Below are positions 47,233 through 57,085 of a stretch of 64,000 nt of DNA, piece by piece. The position numbers and the translations under genes were made by a program. Source of the stretch: a virus (taxonomy: Duplodnaviria > Heunggongvirae > Uroviricota > Caudoviricetes); IMG/VR virus record IMGVR_UViG_3300032156_000005, positions 1 to 64,000 of that record; one strand, 5' to 3'. Below the pieces are notes generated by a model. The model made no database searches. It was not told the origin of the DNA and was given only the letters and a program-made list of their open reading frames with translations. The number at the start of each line of letters is the position of its first letter. Position 1 is the stretch's first letter.

Positions 47233-48549
47233 ATGAAGTTAAACTCTAAGAAGGCGACCGAGATCAAAACCTTGCTGGCCTTGGGTGGCCGATCACAAAA
47301 GGACATCGCTAAAAAATTTGGCGTTAGTCGGTCTATTGTTTCAGATATTGCTACGGGCAGGGCTTGGAAACAATCCTCTGGTAGTGCGCCAGCTAAATGT
47401 GCTGGTGGCCAATCAAAGGCGTCGGTCAACTACGACCCCACAGATGCCCGAATCTTAGAACTAGGGTCAGAAGTCCTACATCTACGGGATGAGCGTAGCA
47501 CGCTACAACGACAGGTTAAGGCCATGTCCAAGACTCATGGCCTATTTAAAGCCGTCGCGAATGAAATGGAATCGATAGTAGTGCCTCTAACTTCTCTGCC
47601 TTCTTATCCGATTACCATGGGACTGAACTCGAAACAAATCGATGAACATCTAGTGATGCACATTAGTGACGGACATCATGACCAAATTGTGCGTCCGGAA
47701 GAATGTGGCGGCTTGGAACGCTATGACTTTAAAATCAGTGCTCGTAGGGCTGAAGTCTACGTAGATACTGTCCTAGATTGGTCGCAACAAACATTGTCTC
47801 CGCAATTTAATTTCAAGTCCCTAACAGTGCTGGCGTATGGCGACCATACCTCCGGTGAAATTCATGGTAGTATGCAGCGATCTTATTTCCGAAATATGTT
47901 TAAGAACTCTGCCGCTATCGGTCAACTTCATGCTTTAATGTATCGGGATCTCGCCCCTTATTTTGAGACAGTCAATATTGTTTATGTTCCTGGAAATCAT
48001 GGTCGGAGATCTATTAAGAAGGACTATCACGGGGCACAGGACAATTGGGATTATTTAGTTGCGGACACGGCTCGACAGTATTGTCGTGATATCGAGAATC
48101 TCAATTTTGTTATACCTGATTCGTGGGCTATTAATTTGGATATCGGCGGTGTTGGATTTAGTTGCTTCCACGGGGACGACATTCGTAGTAATCTTGGTGT
48201 GCCGTGGTATGGCATGGAACGGAGACAGAATCGAATAACTGCTTTGACTTCAATGCAGGGCGGTAATCGCGTGCGGTATCTATGTTGTGGGCATTTTCAT
48301 CGGCCTGCGACACTGGCTCAATTTGATGGCGAACTAATTATTAATGGCCCGTGGGTGGCAACGGACGCATACGCCTTCAACGCTCTTGGTGCATATACCG
48401 AACCGTCACAAATGTTACATGGTGTCAGTGAAAAGTATGGTGTTACTTGGAGGTTACCAGTTAAACTAAAGACAGACAATGAGCATCTAGGTCCACAACG
48501 GTATAAGATTCCACTGATGTCGGAGGTTGGATATGACTCGAACCTGTGA
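47233..48549 (+). CDS. HTH + calcineurin-like metallophosphoesterase (polynucleotide 2',3'-phosphatase candidate)
   Basis: N-terminal HTH IAKKFGVSRSIVSDIATGRAW. Phosphoesterase motifs LAYGDHTSGEIHG (GD-H), YVPGNHGRRS (GNH), CGHFHRP (GH-x-H). Lies between the RNA ligase and a P-loop kinase. Confidence 0.55.
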   Translation: MKLNSKKATEIKTLLALGGRSQKDIAKKFGVSRSIVSDIATGRAWKQSSGSAPAKCAGGQSKASVNYDPTDARILELGSEVLHLRDERSTLQRQVKAMSKTHGLFKAVANEMESIVVPLTSLPSYPITMGLNSKQIDEHLVMHISDGHHDQIVRPEECGGLERYDFKISARRAEVYVDTVLDWSQQTLSPQFNFKSLTVLAYGDHTSGEIHGSMQRSYFRNMFKNSAAIGQLHALMYRDLAPYFETVNIVYVPGNHGRRSIKKDYHGAQDNWDYLVADTARQYCRDIENLNFVIPDSWAINLDIGGVGFSCFHGDDIRSNLGVPWYGMERRQNRITALTSMQGGNRVRYLCCGHFHRPATLAQFDGELIINGPWVATDAYAFNALGAYTEPSQMLHGVSEKYGVTWRLPVKLKTDNEHLGPQRYKIPLMSEVGYDSNL

Positions 48550-48862
48550 TTTAGAGTATCAGACCATTAGTAGTGGAAATACTCTTATTCTAATGCACGG
48601 GTTGCCCCGTTCTGGAAAGTCAACTTGGGCACGGCAACAAGGATTTCCAGTCGTAGACACGGACGCTATAAGACTGTCTAAGACCGGGCAACGATGGTAC
48701 GGACCAACCGAGCATGAAATAGCCCCCTTTGCGCTCACAATGATTCGTGCATTATTTGTAGCGGGGCATAAAACAGTAATACTAGATTCCAATGCATACC
48801 TACGAAAAGAACGAGATTTTTTTTCGATGCTCCAGCGATATTCTGTGGGCTCGGTATGTTAA
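48527..48862 (+). pseudogene. P-loop polynucleotide-kinase-like protein, frameshifted at a T8 tract (continues in +1 frame to 48998)
   Basis: Walker A MHGLPRSGKST, then VVDTD. The ORF ends 13 codons after a T8 run (48817-48824). The +1 frame ORF 48792..48998 continues from the T-run (…FFRCSSDILWARYVKLINTP…), giving a ~157-aa kinase-sized product if joined. Confidence 0.5.
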
Positions 48863-49061
48863 ACTGATTAACACACCAATAGAAACTTGCAAGTTGCGTG
48901 CAGAAGCCACATATCCGGATTTGGTTCCTATTATTGACTGGTTTGTAGAAAATCATCAGTTGATTGAATATGACGAGGATATTAAGACATGGATCTAAAC
49001 TACCATACACATGGAGTTACCATAATGCCAGACTTTATTTCTGCACTAGATTTCTTAGGAA

Positions 49062-49988
49062 TTGAAAAGGACCCTGAAGATGACGCTGAATGACCAGTTA
49101 TTACAGCAAGCAGAGAAGCAGGTTGAGGGTTCCGACGCACTTGTAAAGTGTACAGCAGTGTGCTCAAAACTGATGCAGGCGCTTCCACGTATCTTTCCAG
49201 AACCAGATGAACTCTACTCTCGTCCGGATTTTGAGTATGATGCTGCATTGATCTATAATCTCCGGAAGGGCGAAAGGGGCGAATCACTCCGAATGATTCT
49301 TAGTGTCACTTTTGCTGCGACCGAGTGGGAGGGAGAAAAGGATGGAGATTTCTTTAATCTACGAGTTCTAGTAAAGATTGACGGACTCTCTCTGCTCCTT
49401 AAAATAATTGGTGCCGATCCAACAGAGTATAAATTAAGTAGTCCACGGCAGATAGGACTTAAATTAATAGGAACTCTTGTCTGTACTAAGTTTGTTCCGT
49501 GGGAGATCACTCGTCCAGACGTGACACCAGCAATCTTACTCGAATCGTGCGTCCGGTCAAATGTTGGCTCCTACGTAGCCTCCAGACAATCTCAAATTCT
49601 AAGTGAACTTGCAGTGGTGCTACCGACGTTACCTCAAGCTGATGAAGTTTCGGCCGCATTGGGGCTAAACTATGACGCTGATATCACTTATATACAGGAT
49701 CCTTACGGTAAAAAACGGCAGTATTTAGATAAGCATCTAGGATACCGTGGTTGGGCGGCGACTGTTGATAAAAAGACAGCGGATTTTAGCCTGCATACTA
49801 TCCTCGATATCAAGAGTAAACTGGGTACAATACGATTACGTGTGACTATTTTCTCAGCCTGTCAGTATCGAGAGCAGTTATTTCTTGTTGCTGACTTGCC
49901 TTCAATGTTAATATACCGAGCCTCACGTGAAACCGATGAGGATTACACAAAAGTTTTACAGCAGTTTGAGGGAAAATATGACGATTGA
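49062..49988 (+). CDS. Hypothetical protein (308 aa)
   Basis: ORF with no recognised motif. Confidence 0.4.
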   Translation: MKRTLKMTLNDQLLQQAEKQVEGSDALVKCTAVCSKLMQALPRIFPEPDELYSRPDFEYDAALIYNLRKGERGESLRMILSVTFAATEWEGEKDGDFFNLRVLVKIDGLSLLLKIIGADPTEYKLSSPRQIGLKLIGTLVCTKFVPWEITRPDVTPAILLESCVRSNVGSYVASRQSQILSELAVVLPTLPQADEVSAALGLNYDADITYIQDPYGKKRQYLDKHLGYRGWAATVDKKTADFSLHTILDIKSKLGTIRLRVTIFSACQYREQLFLVADLPSMLIYRASRETDEDYTKVLQQFEGKYDD

Positions 49989-50493
49989 CGAGGTGGCTCT
50001 GTATCTGAAAGACAAACATAACCTACTAGAAGAGGCACTTGCCCTCGAATCCCTAGCCCCACGTAGGCGTAGTATACACCACATGTCACTGCGAGAAATC
50101 GGTGGCCTAATCGGAAAATCTTATGATTGGGTTCGACGCCGATTAGCCTTACGTAAGTTACCGCCTGAGATACAGAAAGCAGCCGAAGAGGGTATTTTTA
50201 CAGCAACCGATTTACAGGTCGTAACGACTTTACCCAAGGCTAAGTGGAATAGTACAGCCAGAAGGGTAATGCGAGAAAAGAAGGCAGGTAAAAAAGTAGG
50301 TATCGCCGACTTACATAAACGAACCACCCGACAGACACCACAACGTATGACTCAGATGCTTGTCTACCTGAGTAATAAGGAGATTGGCGGATTAGTGCCA
50401 CGAATGGTGGCGTGGTGTATGGGTGTTATCGACGATAAGGAAATATACTCTGATATTAAAGAGTTTTTAGGAGACCAGGATGCAGAAGACTAG
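49978..50493 (+). CDS. HTH DNA-binding protein (171 aa)
   Basis: HTH-like MSLREIGGLIGKSYDWVRRRLALRKL. ATG overlaps the upstream stop. Confidence 0.35.
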   Translation: MTIDEVALYLKDKHNLLEEALALESLAPRRRSIHHMSLREIGGLIGKSYDWVRRRLALRKLPPEIQKAAEEGIFTATDLQVVTTLPKAKWNSTARRVMREKKAGKKVGIADLHKRTTRQTPQRMTQMLVYLSNKEIGGLVPRMVAWCMGVIDDKEIYSDIKEFLGDQDAED

Positions 50494-50842
50494 AACAAAT
50501 CCAACCCCCGAAGAGTTAAGTAAATATGACGCTGAGGGCACTGTAACCCCGTCTAAACTCGTTAAAGGAACCAAGTTATTTATTGAGACCAATGCACGTA
50601 TTTTTGAGTTTCAGACGCTTGGTAACGATAAGGCTATGGTTAGAAGTACAGGTACCGACTTTAAGAAGGACACATTATGCCGAATTGTCGGAAGTTTAGA
50701 CAAGGATGGTATGGTATTTGCAGATAGAGTAGTACGAGAGAAGCACCTGATTATTTCGTTGCCCAAGGGGCGACATGTAACGGGCTTGATAAGGGCGGCG
50801 AGTTTACAAGGTGCTGGCTGGTCGTATGAAATGTGGAAATAA
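50480..50842 (+). CDS. Hypothetical protein (120 aa)
   Basis: Overlapping start. No motif. Confidence 0.35.
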   Translation: MQKTRTNPTPEELSKYDAEGTVTPSKLVKGTKLFIETNARIFEFQTLGNDKAMVRSTGTDFKKDTLCRIVGSLDKDGMVFADRVVREKHLIISLPKGRHVTGLIRAASLQGAGWSYEMWK

Positions 50843-50947
50843 ATGAAGAAATACGAAAATCAAACAAGTCGAGTTATATCTTAGCTGATAAATATGGTGT
50901 TCACTTTAGCACGATTGGTTACATAAAGAGACGAAGGTTGTGGGCAC

Positions 50948-53335
50948 ATGTCAAATAGTCAACTTATATTTTGTGATCTTGAGACCTGCGGCCTACACTC
51001 GATGGGTGTTTTATTGCAGTGGGCTGAAGGCGACGGCCCCATCCACCTATGGGAGATCTGGAAGGAGCCGGTTCAGCGAACCCTCGATCTACTTGAATAT
51101 ATAACCAAGCATGAAATAGTTGGATTTAATCTTGTTTTTGATTGGTATCATATCTCGAAATTATATACCATTTGGTCCCTGCTTCCTCGTGATTGGATCC
51201 CCGAACAGCATATTGAGGAAATTGCCCAACTAGAGCCGCAAGGTATGGACGGCCCCTGTTTGAAGCCTGTGGCAGCCTGCGACCTACTTCTACACTCACG
51301 GAAGGGCCCCTACCAGTCTTTAATGGCCCGCGAGGACATACGCATTAGACGCGTTCCTACGTCCCTTGCTTACGCCTTAGCCCAGGAACTCGAAAAGATA
51401 ATCGAGTTCGATGGCATCTATTTTGCCAAGACAGTGGATAAAACCGCCCCTCGCTGGAAGGTCTTTGATATTGTTTCAAAGAAGGGTATTGTTAATCAGG
51501 ATTTTAAGGACGTTGTACTCAAGTTTCACGCGGCTGGTGGTCTCAAGTTCCTAGCTGAATACGCCCTAAAGATGCCTCCTAAGTACCACTATGCCGACGT
51601 CGAATTGGATTCGAGTTGGAGGCCATACGAACTAGGATATGCTCCAACAGCATTGGCAGTCGCCAAAGCACCAGATTGGGAGTGTTATAATACAGATGGA
51701 AAGCTGATCGGAATGGCGTGGCCAGCCTTAATCCGGGAGCATATTCGGCACTGGCACGAGAGTGAGCCAGCACGTGAGTATGCGAGGGCCGACGTTGTCT
51801 ACACCAGATTATTGTGGGAACACTTTGGTAAGCCTGAAGCTGGTGATACAGACAGTGAATTGGCCTGTATGGTTGCAGCGGTTCGCTGGCACGGTTTTAC
51901 AATCGATGAGCCAGGTATCGAGGACCTACTTCAGCACGCTGTATCTGTTGTTGCACAATCTCCCGTAAATATCAATCAACCTCCCGCTGTACGTCGATAT
52001 CTATCGGAATGTATGGATGAGATGGAGCAATTGATAATTGAAGAAAGCACCAAAAAACAAAACATCGAACAGATTGCAACATGGACAATTGAAGAGGAGG
52101 AACCTTGCACCAAATGTGAGGGTGAGGATCCGAGATGTATACGTTGCAATGGTACTGGAAGACTATTTAAGGGGGCACACCCCGCCGCTGTTCGGGCAGT
52201 AGAATTGTTAGCTGTTAAAGAAGCTTCAAAGGAAGTCGAACTATACACTAAATTATTACGTGCTGGCAGGTTGCATGCAAGTTTCAAAGTGATTGGTACA
52301 CTTTCTTCACGCATGTCTGGTGGAGACGGATTAAATGCGCAAGGTATTAAGCACGCTAAAAACGTTCGTAAAATGTTTCCACTCGCTTGGGACGGGATGG
52401 TACTCTGTGGTGGAGACTTCGACAGTTTTGAAGTGACGATTGCAGACGCAGTCTTCGACGATCCTGGCTTGAGACAGACGCTTTTAGATGGCAAGAAGAT
52501 CCATGCGATTCTTGGTGTAGAATTATACCCAGGAATGACATACCAAGAGATTGTTGATTCTGATGGTGCCGTAACCCCACTGGTGGATTATTATACCAGA
52601 TCCAAACAAGGAATGTTCGGATTCATGTACGGTGGAGATCACTCAACCTGGAATAAGCGCCTGAATATACCAGAGGAGCAAGCGCGGAAAGCCTATGATA
52701 AGTGGTGTGCTAAGTATCCTGGTATTGGCAAATCTCGTATGCGTATCTATGACGATTTTTGCTCGATGCGTCAGCCAGCGGGAATCGGTAAACAAGTAGT
52801 CTGGAAAGAGCCAAAGGATTACGTGGAATCATTCCTCGGATTCCGAAGGTACTACACCTTAGAGAATCGTATCTGTAAAGCTTTATTTGGACTGGCTAAT
52901 AAACCACCTGCGGCATGGCATAATGCGAAAATTCGTGTCGTGAGGCGAGATCGACTTCAGTTGCCTGTTGGAGCAACTCAGAGCGCTTTATATGGTGCAG
53001 CATTTCAGATTCAAGCCGCAAATATGCGTGCAGGCAATAATCATTTGATACAATCGCCAGGGGCCGAAATCACTAAACAGGTTCAAAGACGGATCTGGGA
53101 TTTGCAGCCATCAGGTGTGAATGAGTGGTATGTCGCACCTTTTAATATACATGACGAAATTAACTGTGTGACACGACCAGAATCAGTGGATGCAGTCGCC
53201 CAAGTAGTCCAAGAAACAGTAGAATCCTACCGCCCTCAAGTTCCACTTATTGGTATGAAGTGGGTGAAGGAAATGACAAGCTGGGCGGAAAAGAAATCTG
53301 GTGCCGACATGGTACATATAACATGGAAAAAATAA
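50948..53335 (+). CDS. DNA polymerase I-like (family A) with 3'-5' proofreading exonuclease
   Basis: Exo I IFCDLETCGL (D-x-E). Pol motif A CGGDFDSFEVTIA (cf. DYSQIELR), motif C NIHDEINCV (HDE), O-helix-like KQGMFGFMYGG. Confidence 0.8.
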   Translation: MSNSQLIFCDLETCGLHSMGVLLQWAEGDGPIHLWEIWKEPVQRTLDLLEYITKHEIVGFNLVFDWYHISKLYTIWSLLPRDWIPEQHIEEIAQLEPQGMDGPCLKPVAACDLLLHSRKGPYQSLMAREDIRIRRVPTSLAYALAQELEKIIEFDGIYFAKTVDKTAPRWKVFDIVSKKGIVNQDFKDVVLKFHAAGGLKFLAEYALKMPPKYHYADVELDSSWRPYELGYAPTALAVAKAPDWECYNTDGKLIGMAWPALIREHIRHWHESEPAREYARADVVYTRLLWEHFGKPEAGDTDSELACMVAAVRWHGFTIDEPGIEDLLQHAVSVVAQSPVNINQPPAVRRYLSECMDEMEQLIIEESTKKQNIEQIATWTIEEEEPCTKCEGEDPRCIRCNGTGRLFKGAHPAAVRAVELLAVKEASKEVELYTKLLRAGRLHASFKVIGTLSSRMSGGDGLNAQGIKHAKNVRKMFPLAWDGMVLCGGDFDSFEVTIADAVFDDPGLRQTLLDGKKIHAILGVELYPGMTYQEIVDSDGAVTPLVDYYTRSKQGMFGFMYGGDHSTWNKRLNIPEEQARKAYDKWCAKYPGIGKSRMRIYDDFCSMRQPAGIGKQVVWKEPKDYVESFLGFRRYYTLENRICKALFGLANKPPAAWHNAKIRVVRRDRLQLPVGATQSALYGAAFQIQAANMRAGNNHLIQSPGAEITKQVQRRIWDLQPSGVNEWYVAPFNIHDEINCVTRPESVDAVAQVVQETVESYRPQVPLIGMKWVKEMTSWAEKKSGADMVHITWKK

Positions 53336-53790
53336 ACACGCCTAAAAAACTAGATGTCTCCTTGGTTAATGTGGACTCTTTTTGGTCCAAAGTAGCCAGA
53401 GGCCCTAAGAATGAATGCTGGCTTTGGGAGGGTACTCGCCATACTGCCGACCATTATGGCCAATTTCAAGTCGGGTCTAGGCGTGTATTAGCCCATCGAG
53501 TCGCCTATCAATTAGTACACGGGCCAACTAATAAACAAGTTTGTCATGCTTGTGACGTCACACTTTGTTGTAATCCAAGTCATTTATTTGAAGGATCCCA
53601 AGGAGACAATATACTTGATATGGTGCAAAAGGGCCGGGGATCCACCCAAAAATTAACCCCTGTCGAAGTGAAGTGCATACGAATCTTGGTCGAAAATAAA
53701 ATCTCTAAGACAGCTATCGGTAAAATTTTTGCCATAAGTAAATCGACAATCCAGCATATAATTAAGGGTCGATCTTGGAAATGGTTATAA
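53323..53790 (+). CDS. HNH homing endonuclease (HNH_3-like)
   Basis: ECWLWEGTRHTADHYGQFQVGSRRVLAHRVAYQLVHG...VCHACDVTLCCNPSHLFEGSQGDN is the classic HNH_3 pattern (G.R..AHR...H.CD...C.NP.HL...N). ATG overlaps the polymerase stop. Confidence 0.7.
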   Translation: MEKINTPKKLDVSLVNVDSFWSKVARGPKNECWLWEGTRHTADHYGQFQVGSRRVLAHRVAYQLVHGPTNKQVCHACDVTLCCNPSHLFEGSQGDNILDMVQKGRGSTQKLTPVEVKCIRILVENKISKTAIGKIFAISKSTIQHIIKGRSWKWL

Positions 53791-53866
53791 GATTTAGATC
53801 GCGGTGAACTAAAAATGTTTAAGGTCAAAAGCGTAATTTTGAGGTTCCGTTCTCGGGAGGAATAGT

Positions 53867-54073
53867 ATGAGATATGCAGTAGGAACAGACGTAACGACGG
53901 TTTATGAAAACGCTACCGAGGTAACTGCTACCTTCAGCGAGATGTCACCGGCAGTATTTAAGTTGCTGGTGGCCACATTAAATGTGGCTAAATTAGTTGC
54001 TGGCGAGGATTATAAGCTAGAAACATACCATAAATTCAACGAAGTTTTAGTTGGGGATACGAATCAATGGTAG
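53867..54073 (+). CDS. Hypothetical protein (68 aa)
   Basis: RBS GGGAGGAA upstream. No motif. Confidence 0.3.
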   Translation: MRYAVGTDVTTVYENATEVTATFSEMSPAVFKLLVATLNVAKLVAGEDYKLETYHKFNEVLVGDTNQW

Positions 54074-54267
54074 ATCACATCTGTGAAAATTGTACCTATT
54101 ATAATCCACAGGGGTGGCATATCTGTGAGTGCCCTAAGATGATCTACGGATACTACGGTCAAATACCTCTGCCGGACGCCGTATTAGTTGAGGATGACGA
54201 AGGTTGGGGGATGAAGCCTGGACCTAAATTTGGTTGTATACATTGGGGTGAAAATGGGACTGTATAA
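54067..54267 (+). CDS. Small Cys-rich protein (66 aa)
   Basis: CENC...CEC plus CIHWGENG, a zinc-ribbon-like arrangement. Confidence 0.3.
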   Translation: MVDHICENCTYYNPQGWHICECPKMIYGYYGQIPLPDAVLVEDDEGWGMKPGPKFGCIHWGENGTV

Positions 54268-54589
54268 TCTAGTTATAAATCACATGGCCGACAATGTGAA
54301 TTTTACACGCTTACTTGCATTACTTATCCACAGTAATAAAGTGGATGATATTGCATTTCCTCGGGATAAGTTGATTGGTGATCTCGATGAATTTCGACCG
54401 GGGGATCGAATTAAGATAACCTGGATGGATCCTTATCGCACACAATCGGGATTCTTATTTTCACTTCCTGGATTACCAGACGAACTTGTTGTTCAAATAC
54501 CGGAGAATGAAGACGACCCTGAAACACAGAGTTGGTATGTCTTCAAACATTTAGCAATCACCGCCTATCTAATCGAGAGGGATCTATGA
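54230..54589 (+). CDS. Hypothetical protein (119 aa)
   Basis: ORF with no recognised motif. Confidence 0.3.
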   Translation: MVVYIGVKMGLYNLVINHMADNVNFTRLLALLIHSNKVDDIAFPRDKLIGDLDEFRPGDRIKITWMDPYRTQSGFLFSLPGLPDELVVQIPENEDDPETQSWYVFKHLAITAYLIERDL

Positions 54590-54716
54590 GCGAAGTCGCG
54601 GAATATAAAATCATGTATGAACTCACTACTAGACAGATTCGGGCACTGGCTAGTCAACAAAATATGGACGGCTGGGACACGGCCGATATTGCAAATCTAA
54701 AACGAAAGCTATTAGT

Positions 54717-56396
54717 ATGCGAACCGGTTCTCGAATTATTGGAGCAAGACGAATGAGATTTCATCTATTTGGGTTAGCGAACATCCCAACGTGTAAAGAG
54801 AATACCTATGAACCCATGACTCCACTGGTTTGGAACATGGCTAAGATGCTACATGACCACGGCCATCACGTCATCTTCTATGGTGCCGAGGGGAGTAATC
54901 CACCTTGTAGCGAGCTAGTAAATATCGTTCCAAAGGATTTGTTACCTGATCCCGCTATTGGAAATCACGGTGTACCCATGGCAGCATGGAAAAACGACGG
55001 CGGCAGCCCTTCCTGGCAGTCTTTCATAAATACTGGACGACTGGAATTGCGTAAACGCTACCAGACGGGTGATATTTCACTCATTAGTTTTGGTCAGTAC
55101 CAAAGATTCGTGGCAGAGGAATCAAAACTCGCTTGTGAATTCATGTGCGGATACTCAGGTATTTTTAGTTACCATAAGGTTTTTCCATCTAGTGCTTGGA
55201 TGCATTATCTATATGGTGAACTCAAAATGGAACGAAACCCCACTTGGACTGATTGTGTCATCCCACATTACCTGGATCTAAGTGACTTCAGATACCAAGA
55301 GGAAAAGGGCGACTATCTTCTATGTCTGGGTCGAATCGATCGAGATAAGGGCACAGACATCGCCATCGACATCGCAAATAGGAGTGGCTCCAAGATCATC
55401 GTTGCCGGTGTCGATATGGTAACGCACGATATTCCGGATTGGATTAAACAAATGCCGGGTAACGTAGAATTTGTTGGCTACGTGGATACAAAGCGAAGAC
55501 TCGAACTATTACGTGGTGCCAAGGCATTATTGCATCCATGTAGGTGGTTGGAGCCATTTGGGATGGTTTTAATTGAATCGTTGGCTTGTGGCACGCCGAT
55601 TATTGCTAGTGACTGGGGTGCCCTACCTGAGATTATTGAAGAGGGTAAGACTGGTTTTTGTTGCCGGGATATGTCTGAGTTTATACAGGCCGTAAAGAAT
55701 GTGTCATACTTAAATCCGCGTGATTGCCGTATTTCCGCCGAACGGGATTATGGGCTGGAGATTGCGTATACAAGGTATATGAAGTACTTTACGCGACTTG
55801 CCAAACTACTGGGAGGTGGCTGGTATGAGACCAGAGGTATCTGGCGTGGACCAGATGTTGTTGGGCGGGTACGCCGACTACAACCGACTGATAAACCACT
55901 ACGAGGGGCAGAGATCGGTGTTGATCGCGGTGCTTTGTCAGGGTATCTCATGTCTGAACTACCTAATCTCAATTTGTTATTGGTTGATACCTGGAGTACC
56001 TTCGCAGACGATTCAGGGTACACAAAATCTGGTGATCTTGTAACCCAACGAACACAAGAACAGCGGGATGCTGATCTGTTTGAAACTATGCGTGTCACTC
56101 CTCGTGATCGTTCTTGTATCTGTAGAATGACATCCGCCGAAGCTTCTGAAAAGGTTTTAGACGGATCGCTTGATTTTGTATTCATTGACGCAGACCATAG
56201 TTATGAGGGTGCCAAATCTGATATACAGTTATGGGCCTCTAAGATACGAGATGGTGGCATTCTTTGCGGGCATGACTTCGGTATGGAAACGTGGTTCCCT
56301 GACTGGGGTGTTACAAAGGCGGTTACTGAGTACGCGGAAAGCGTTGGTAAAACTGTTGAGTTGGGTTCTGATTGGACATGGTTTATCCAGGTGTAA
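54717..56396 (+). CDS. Glycosyltransferase (GT-B, GT1/GT4-like) fused to a class I SAM-dependent methyltransferase
   Basis: GT signature EPFGMVLIESLACGTPIIASDWGALPEIIEEGKTGF (E-x7-E motif). The C-terminal ~190 aa carry MTase motifs GAEIGVDRGALSGYL (motif I-like) and LDFVFIDADHSYEGAKSD (TylF/macrocin-O-MTase-like FIDADH). Confidence 0.6.
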   Translation: MRTGSRIIGARRMRFHLFGLANIPTCKENTYEPMTPLVWNMAKMLHDHGHHVIFYGAEGSNPPCSELVNIVPKDLLPDPAIGNHGVPMAAWKNDGGSPSWQSFINTGRLELRKRYQTGDISLISFGQYQRFVAEESKLACEFMCGYSGIFSYHKVFPSSAWMHYLYGELKMERNPTWTDCVIPHYLDLSDFRYQEEKGDYLLCLGRIDRDKGTDIAIDIANRSGSKIIVAGVDMVTHDIPDWIKQMPGNVEFVGYVDTKRRLELLRGAKALLHPCRWLEPFGMVLIESLACGTPIIASDWGALPEIIEEGKTGFCCRDMSEFIQAVKNVSYLNPRDCRISAERDYGLEIAYTRYMKYFTRLAKLLGGGWYETRGIWRGPDVVGRVRRLQPTDKPLRGAEIGVDRGALSGYLMSELPNLNLLLVDTWSTFADDSGYTKSGDLVTQRTQEQRDADLFETMRVTPRDRSCICRMTSAEASEKVLDGSLDFVFIDADHSYEGAKSDIQLWASKIRDGGILCGHDFGMETWFPDWGVTKAVTEYAESVGKTVELGSDWTWFIQV

Positions 56397-56397
56397 A

Positions 56398-56676
56398 ATG
56401 GGAATCAAACAGGGTATCTATGACTCGACGCTAGACGCTATTATGGTGTCCTTTCAGAAAATACCCGACTATTTAGAGTACATGAATTTTTCGTCCATAC
56501 TATTGGAACGACTATTCAACAGTGCCTACGAGAGCGGATTTTCAGAGGAATTTCAATTACAACTGAGTCAACTATTTCTAGATGAAATACAGCGACAGCA
56601 GTTACAATTGTTAGACTTACGCCAGAATACTAAGAAAGATATTGAGTATCTAAAGTTTGTAGGGGAAAATCTTTAA
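56398..56676 (+). CDS. Hypothetical protein (92 aa)
   Basis: ATG 2 nt after the GT-MTase stop. The track ORF 56170.. is the same frame extended upstream. Confidence 0.3.
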   Translation: MGIKQGIYDSTLDAIMVSFQKIPDYLEYMNFSSILLERLFNSAYESGFSEEFQLQLSQLFLDEIQRQQLQLLDLRQNTKKDIEYLKFVGENL

Positions 56677-57083
56677 TGGATAAACCAAGGATACGCAAAC
56701 AACATGGGCCTGAATACGGAATACAACGTGAGGTTGTACGTTTTCTACGCCTGCGCGGCTGGTGGGTGGAGCGTTTAATTGGTATGGCTTGGCAATCCGG
56801 ATTATCGGATCTCTTAATTTGTCATAGACATTATGGTGTTAGACTTTTGGAGATTAAACAACAAGAGCACTTCAAATTTACACGAGCCCAGAAAGCCAAG
56901 TTTCCAAGACTGATGGAAAATGGTGGCGGGGTTTGGATTATGACTGAGGCTTCTGAGGAACAGTATCAAAGACTATTTAAGGGGCCCAATCTCTGGGACT
57001 ACCTAAAACCTGAAGAATGCCTGACATACGATGAGCAAGTAGACGATTGGCTAGAAGATATAACTAACGAAGAAGAGGATTAA
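56676..57083 (+). CDS. VRR-NUC domain nuclease (PD-(D/E)xK)
   Basis: Pattern EYGIQREVVRFLRLRGWWVERL...GLSDLLICHRHYGVRLLEIKQ fits the VRR-NUC core (E...D...E-x-K). Confidence 0.5.
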   Translation: MDKPRIRKQHGPEYGIQREVVRFLRLRGWWVERLIGMAWQSGLSDLLICHRHYGVRLLEIKQQEHFKFTRAQKAKFPRLMENGGGVWIMTEASEEQYQRLFKGPNLWDYLKPEECLTYDEQVDDWLEDITNEEED

Positions 57084-57085
57084 TT

